Source of the DNA: Octopus sinensis
Lineage: Eukaryota
Reading direction: 5' to 3'
Length of the DNA: 64,000 nucleotides
Assembly (NCBI RefSeq): GCF_006345805.1
Contig: NC_042998.1
Location: 41,664,001 to 41,728,000, forward strand
Part shown: piece after piece, positions 59,819 to 64,000 of the stretch
How positions within the stretch are numbered: position 1 is the first letter of the stretch
How the letters are laid out: each line of letters opens with the position of its first letter
Notes under the pieces: generated by a model
What the model saw: the letters and a program-made list of their open reading frames with translations, nothing else
Database searches by the model: none
What the model was told of the DNA's origin: nothing
Program-made: the position numbers and the translations under genes

Positions 59819-60830
59819 GTGAGTACTATGTAATTAATAACTAATTAATTTTCTACTTGTATCAAGGTTTGTTATGAAGACACTCTTATCATTAAATTTC
59901 AGTATCAGTAGATGAAGAAGACCTTATAAAGCCGGAAAAAGTTCAAGGAGGCTATAACTAGCATCTATCACTTATCGTTTGTGCATTTGTATTTATACAT
60001 AAGAAATGTTGACTTGAATGATTAAATTTGAATTATTTACAATTTTATCATGGGTAAACCCATTTATAATGTTTTGTGTTGAACTCATTCCATTTAATCC
60101 ATACCCAGTAGTCTTGGCATAATTACAGATTTCTGCCCCCTCCCGAATTTGGATGATCATAACTTTCAGAAAGATGGATATTTTTTAATGAAATATGTGT
60201 TATATCATGTAGATTCCGAATGTACAAAATTTTTTGGGGAAAGTGTTTTAGGAAAGGGTGGGGTGGGGAATTTCGGTAGATTTCTACACACACACGCATG
60301 TAATTTAAAAAGTTCAAACAGGGAATTACTTCATTCAGTATCATGTTTATTGTAGAGATAATGTAACAAATTATACTTTACGCTTCTATATTTAACTGTC
60401 CGTGTATATTGCTTATTTTTGCTTCTGATGTCTTCTACCTTTATTAGAAACGTTTACCTGGGAATTTACTTAATATGGGAGAAAATCGTATGCAACAGAT
60501 AAGTCGTCTTAATAGCATATTTCTCTGTACCAGACCTTTAGCTGTTATTTGTTATTTTTAGCATAACTAGTTTTCTGGTGAAGACTTCATTTGACGGTGG
60601 AGCTAGACGACAGTCACCCCACCACAAAAACTGAGCTTTCGGAAATTTTTTTTCTCAGCGGGTTCCTAGGTTCTCGATGACGGAGATTCCCACCAATTTT
60701 TAAAATTTAAACTTTTTTCGAATTTTTTTTTTTAGTCTACGTGGAAAAATACGGAGATTAATAATATGGCAAACAAAAAATCAATTAATTTCAGATTTTA
60801 AATGAAAAACTTCAAATTTAATCCACACAC

Positions 60831-61240
60831 ATAGGCGTAGGAGTGACTGTGTGGTAAGTAGCTTGCTTACGAACCACATGGTTCCCGGTTCAGTCCCACT
60901 GCGTGGCACCTTGGGCGAGTGTCTTCTACTATAGCCTCGGGCCAACGAAAGCCTTGTGAGTGGATTTGGTAGACGGAAACTGAAAGAAGCCCGTCGTATA
61001 TATGTATGTGTATGTATTTGTGTGTCTGTCCCACCAACATCGCTTGACAACCGATGCTGGTGTGTTTACGTCCTCGTAACTTCTATCGTTCTCTTCTGCT
61101 GAGGTTCAGCAGAAAAGAACGATAGAATAAGTACTAGGCTTACAAAAAGATAAGTCCTGGGGTCGATTTGCTCGACTAAAGGCGGTGCTCCAGCATGGCC
61201 ACAGTCAAATGACTGAAACAAGTAAAAGAGAGAGAGAGAG
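60831..61240 (+). mobile_element. Full-length tRNA-derived SINE (family A)
   Basis: A box gtgtggtaag, B box ggttcagtccc, ccttgggcgagtgtcttctactatagcc core and a (GA)n tail. Other copies lie at 1500, 15780, 20520, 29700, 37295, 39760, 53160, 61768 and 62545. Confidence 0.88.
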
Positions 61241-61267
61241 ACACCCCTCTCCACCCAGCAAAAAAAA

Positions 61268-61978
61268 GGTACGCGTGCGGAGCAATCTACGGCTCACTGA
61301 AATTGAAAGGCTGAAACAAGTGAAACATGTTTTACATACTTGTGTCGGTTTTGTTTTTTCGCTTTAAAGGTAAACGATTTTCATAGAAGCAAACACGATA
61401 TTAAGTAATTCGGCGCTTCTTTAGAAGCGCACCTTTACCGTCAAATGTTTATATGATGTATTTTGTGACAAACTTTGATGTGCTTTCCTTTTATCTGAAT
61501 AAATAATGCTACCTGGCAATACGAATTCATTAATAATTGGGAGCAATGTTTGAGCAGTTCGGTCTCCAACTGGTACTAAAAATCCAAGTTTTTGTGAGGG
61601 GGAGTATCCTCCAAATACCCACTGATGTTCAATGCAGCGGTCAACATTATATTTTCGCTTTTGCATTAGTGTTTCGATAATTTCTACAATAACCCGTGTA
61701 CCACCTATTTTTCTTGGATGTTGTAGAAAATGTGCTACACAAACATCACGGCAGAACTGATTCCAGTCTCTCTCTTTACTCTTTTACTTGTTTCAGTCAT
61801 TTGACTGCGGCCATGCTGGAGCACCGCCTTTAATCTAGCAACTCGACCCCGGGACTTATTCTTTTGTAAGCCCAGTACTTATTCTATCGGTGTCTTTTGC
61901 CGAACCGCTAAGTAAGGGGGGGACATAAACACACCAGCATCGGTTGTCAAGCAATGCTAGGGGGACAAACACAGACGC

Positions 61979-62015
<37 letters not shown>

Positions 62016-62394
62016 CGACGGGCTAAGGCTTTGGTCGGCCCGAGACTATAGTAGAAGACACTTGCCCAAGGTGCCACGCAGTGGGACTGAACCCGGACCA
62101 TGTGGTTGGTAAATAAGCTACTTACCACACAGCCACTCCTGCACCTATGTTGTGGATAAAGTTATCTCACATTGCACCATTATCGCTTCACTACCAAGAC
62201 CTCTTCCAATACTGATACACCATAAATGAGTAAAAGCTATTATTTGCCAAATTTCCAACTTACTTTTTTTTTTTTAAAAAAAACGAGCCTTTCCGTATGC
62301 TGATAGTTTTGCGGCAAACAGTTCATCTCCAAGTTACTCTGTCAACTGAACGGGAATAACTTCCACTAACACGAGGCACTCCACAATAAATTTC
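61268..62394 (-). mobile_element. Merlin (IS1595/IS1016-like) transposon relic interrupted by a SINE
   Basis: WR*TVCRKTISIRKGSFF, DWNQFCRDVC..KIGG..IVEIIET..KRKYN..QWVFGG..VPVGDRTAQTLLPII..GSIIYSD..HLTV, plus a putative GGTAC terminus at 61268. Confidence 0.85.
61768..62148 (-). mobile_element. SINE family A inserted into the Merlin transposase
   Basis: Reverse complement of the 60831 copy. Confidence 0.88.
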
Positions 62395-63179
62395 GGTACT
62401 AGTTAAGAAGAGTGGTGCCGGTGCGCGCATCCGCGCTAGGTAGTCGTGACTAGTCGATCCTACTACTACTTAGGGCGAGTGCGCGTATGCAAATTAATAG
62501 ATTAATTTTTTTAAACAAAGTAAATAAATTATTTTTTCTAAACCAACTTACGAGCCACATAGTTCTGGGTTCAGTTCCACTGCGTGACACCTTGGGCAAG
62601 TGTCTTCTACTATAGCTTCGGGCCGACCAAAGCCTTCTGAAGACCGTCGTATATATGCATATATAGATGCATGTGTGTCTATGTTTGTCCCCCCCCCACG
62701 TCGCTTGACAACCGATGCTGGTGTGTTTACGTCCCCGTAACTTATCGGTTCGGCAAAAGGCACCGATAGAATAAGTACTAGGCTTACAAAGAATAAGTCC
62801 TGGGGTCGATTTGCTCGACTAAAGGCGGTGCTCTAGCATGGCCACAGTCAAATGATTGAAACAAGTAAAAGAGTAAACTAAATAAAAAAATTTTCTAAAC
62901 AACGTAAATAAATTTGGAGTGCGTACAATGTGATTACTGAAATAAATACGACACCAAAATGCATCCATTTCAAGGTGAATCATTCCGAAAATTTTGTCGA
63001 TCCTATAACAAATGTTCATACAAATTCGGTTGAAAGTTATTAGAAGAACGTAAAACGACGTTTTAAGAGTAATCTATTAATTTGCATACGCGCACTGGCG
63101 CTAGGTAGTCATAGTATCGACTAGTCACGATTAGCCTGCGCGAGTGCGCGCACCGAGACCACTCTTCTTAAATAGTACC
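62395..63179. mobile_element. MITE with ~115-bp imperfect TIRs (GGTACTA...TAGTACC) carrying an internal SINE (62545-62878)
   Basis: 62395-62512 and 63068-63179 are inverted copies, and both flanks read atttc. Confidence 0.8.
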
Positions 63180-64000
63180 ATTTCGGTATAATACCTAAAT
63201 TTCTTGTCTATAGAAAAAATGGATATTTTTTAATGAAATTTTCTACGAATATGTGTTATATCATGTAGATTCCGAATATATAAAAGTTTGGGGAGAAAGT
63301 GTTTTAGGAAGAGGTGGGGAATTTCGGAAAATTTACCGGAGTTCACTTCAATTCGTCTTAACTTTCAAGAAAATGGATATTTTTAAATGAAATTCTCTAC
63401 AAACATACCCGTTCAAGTACAAAATTTGACATAACAGTATATATTAGTTATAAACTGACTTTTAAGAAAAAGATTGTGAAACGGTCTTCTTTATAATTAG
63501 CAGACGATATTGTCGGGCCTCTTGTATCATTATCTGACTGGTAAAAGTAAGTTACCGCCCCTTTTATCGTCTGGCATGTTTGTTTATTTTCTCGAGCGCC
63601 CGTTTTCCGTATTTTATTTTTTAGTAAAAAATATTAAAAAAATAGATGTATCTTCCTAAATTTCCCATTTTCGTAACTTTTTTGACAAGTATGCGTCATT
63701 TTCTTGGAGAGGTGCGCTTCTAAAGAAGCGCCAATAATTCTCCGTCATACGTCTACTAAAAACTTAAACATACTTCCAAAATGGGATTTCATCCATATTT
63801 ATCCACGTGCGTCTATGTGTAGGTATGTGTGTGTGTGTGTGCTGGGTGGCGATGGGTGTGTGGATCAAATTTGGAGTTTTTCACATAAAATTTGAAAGTA
63901 ACTAATTTTTTGTTTGACAAATTGTTAATCTCCGTATTTTTCCACGTAGACTGAAAAAAAGTTAAAAATTTAAAAAATTGGTGGGTGGGAATTTAAAATT

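Overview
AT-rich, intron-rich animal genomic DNA, very probably Octopus. This is inferred from the RTE-LINE 3' tails ending in (GAT)n, the tRNA-derived SINEs and the dense microsatellites. All gene models were assembled by hand from splice sites and reading phase. (1) ACTR5/ARP5 on +: 16 coding exons at 1349-38164, 607 codons plus stop, with the N-terminal exons upstream of the window. (2) An unrecognised two-coding-exon gene on -, at 7736-5342, nested antisense inside one ACTR5 intron. It encodes a 199-aa Met/Tyr/Gln/Ser-rich, Glu-free low-complexity protein and is the best candidate for something new. (3) A complete six-exon FAM166/CIMIP2-family ciliary microtubule inner protein gene on -, at 49321-39309 (296 aa), tail-to-tail with ACTR5. 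(4) One coding exon of another + gene at 59466-59818 with SIM-like motifs. The rest is transposon-derived. It includes a near-intact ~4.9-kb RTE LINE with a PHD-type zinc finger inside its RT region, many RTE 3' fragments, a TG..CA solo-LTR-like element in a (TA)n tract, Tc1, pogo and Merlin transposase relics, MITEs, CR1 and BovB-type fragments and SINEs. No database searches were run, so family names come from recalled motifs.
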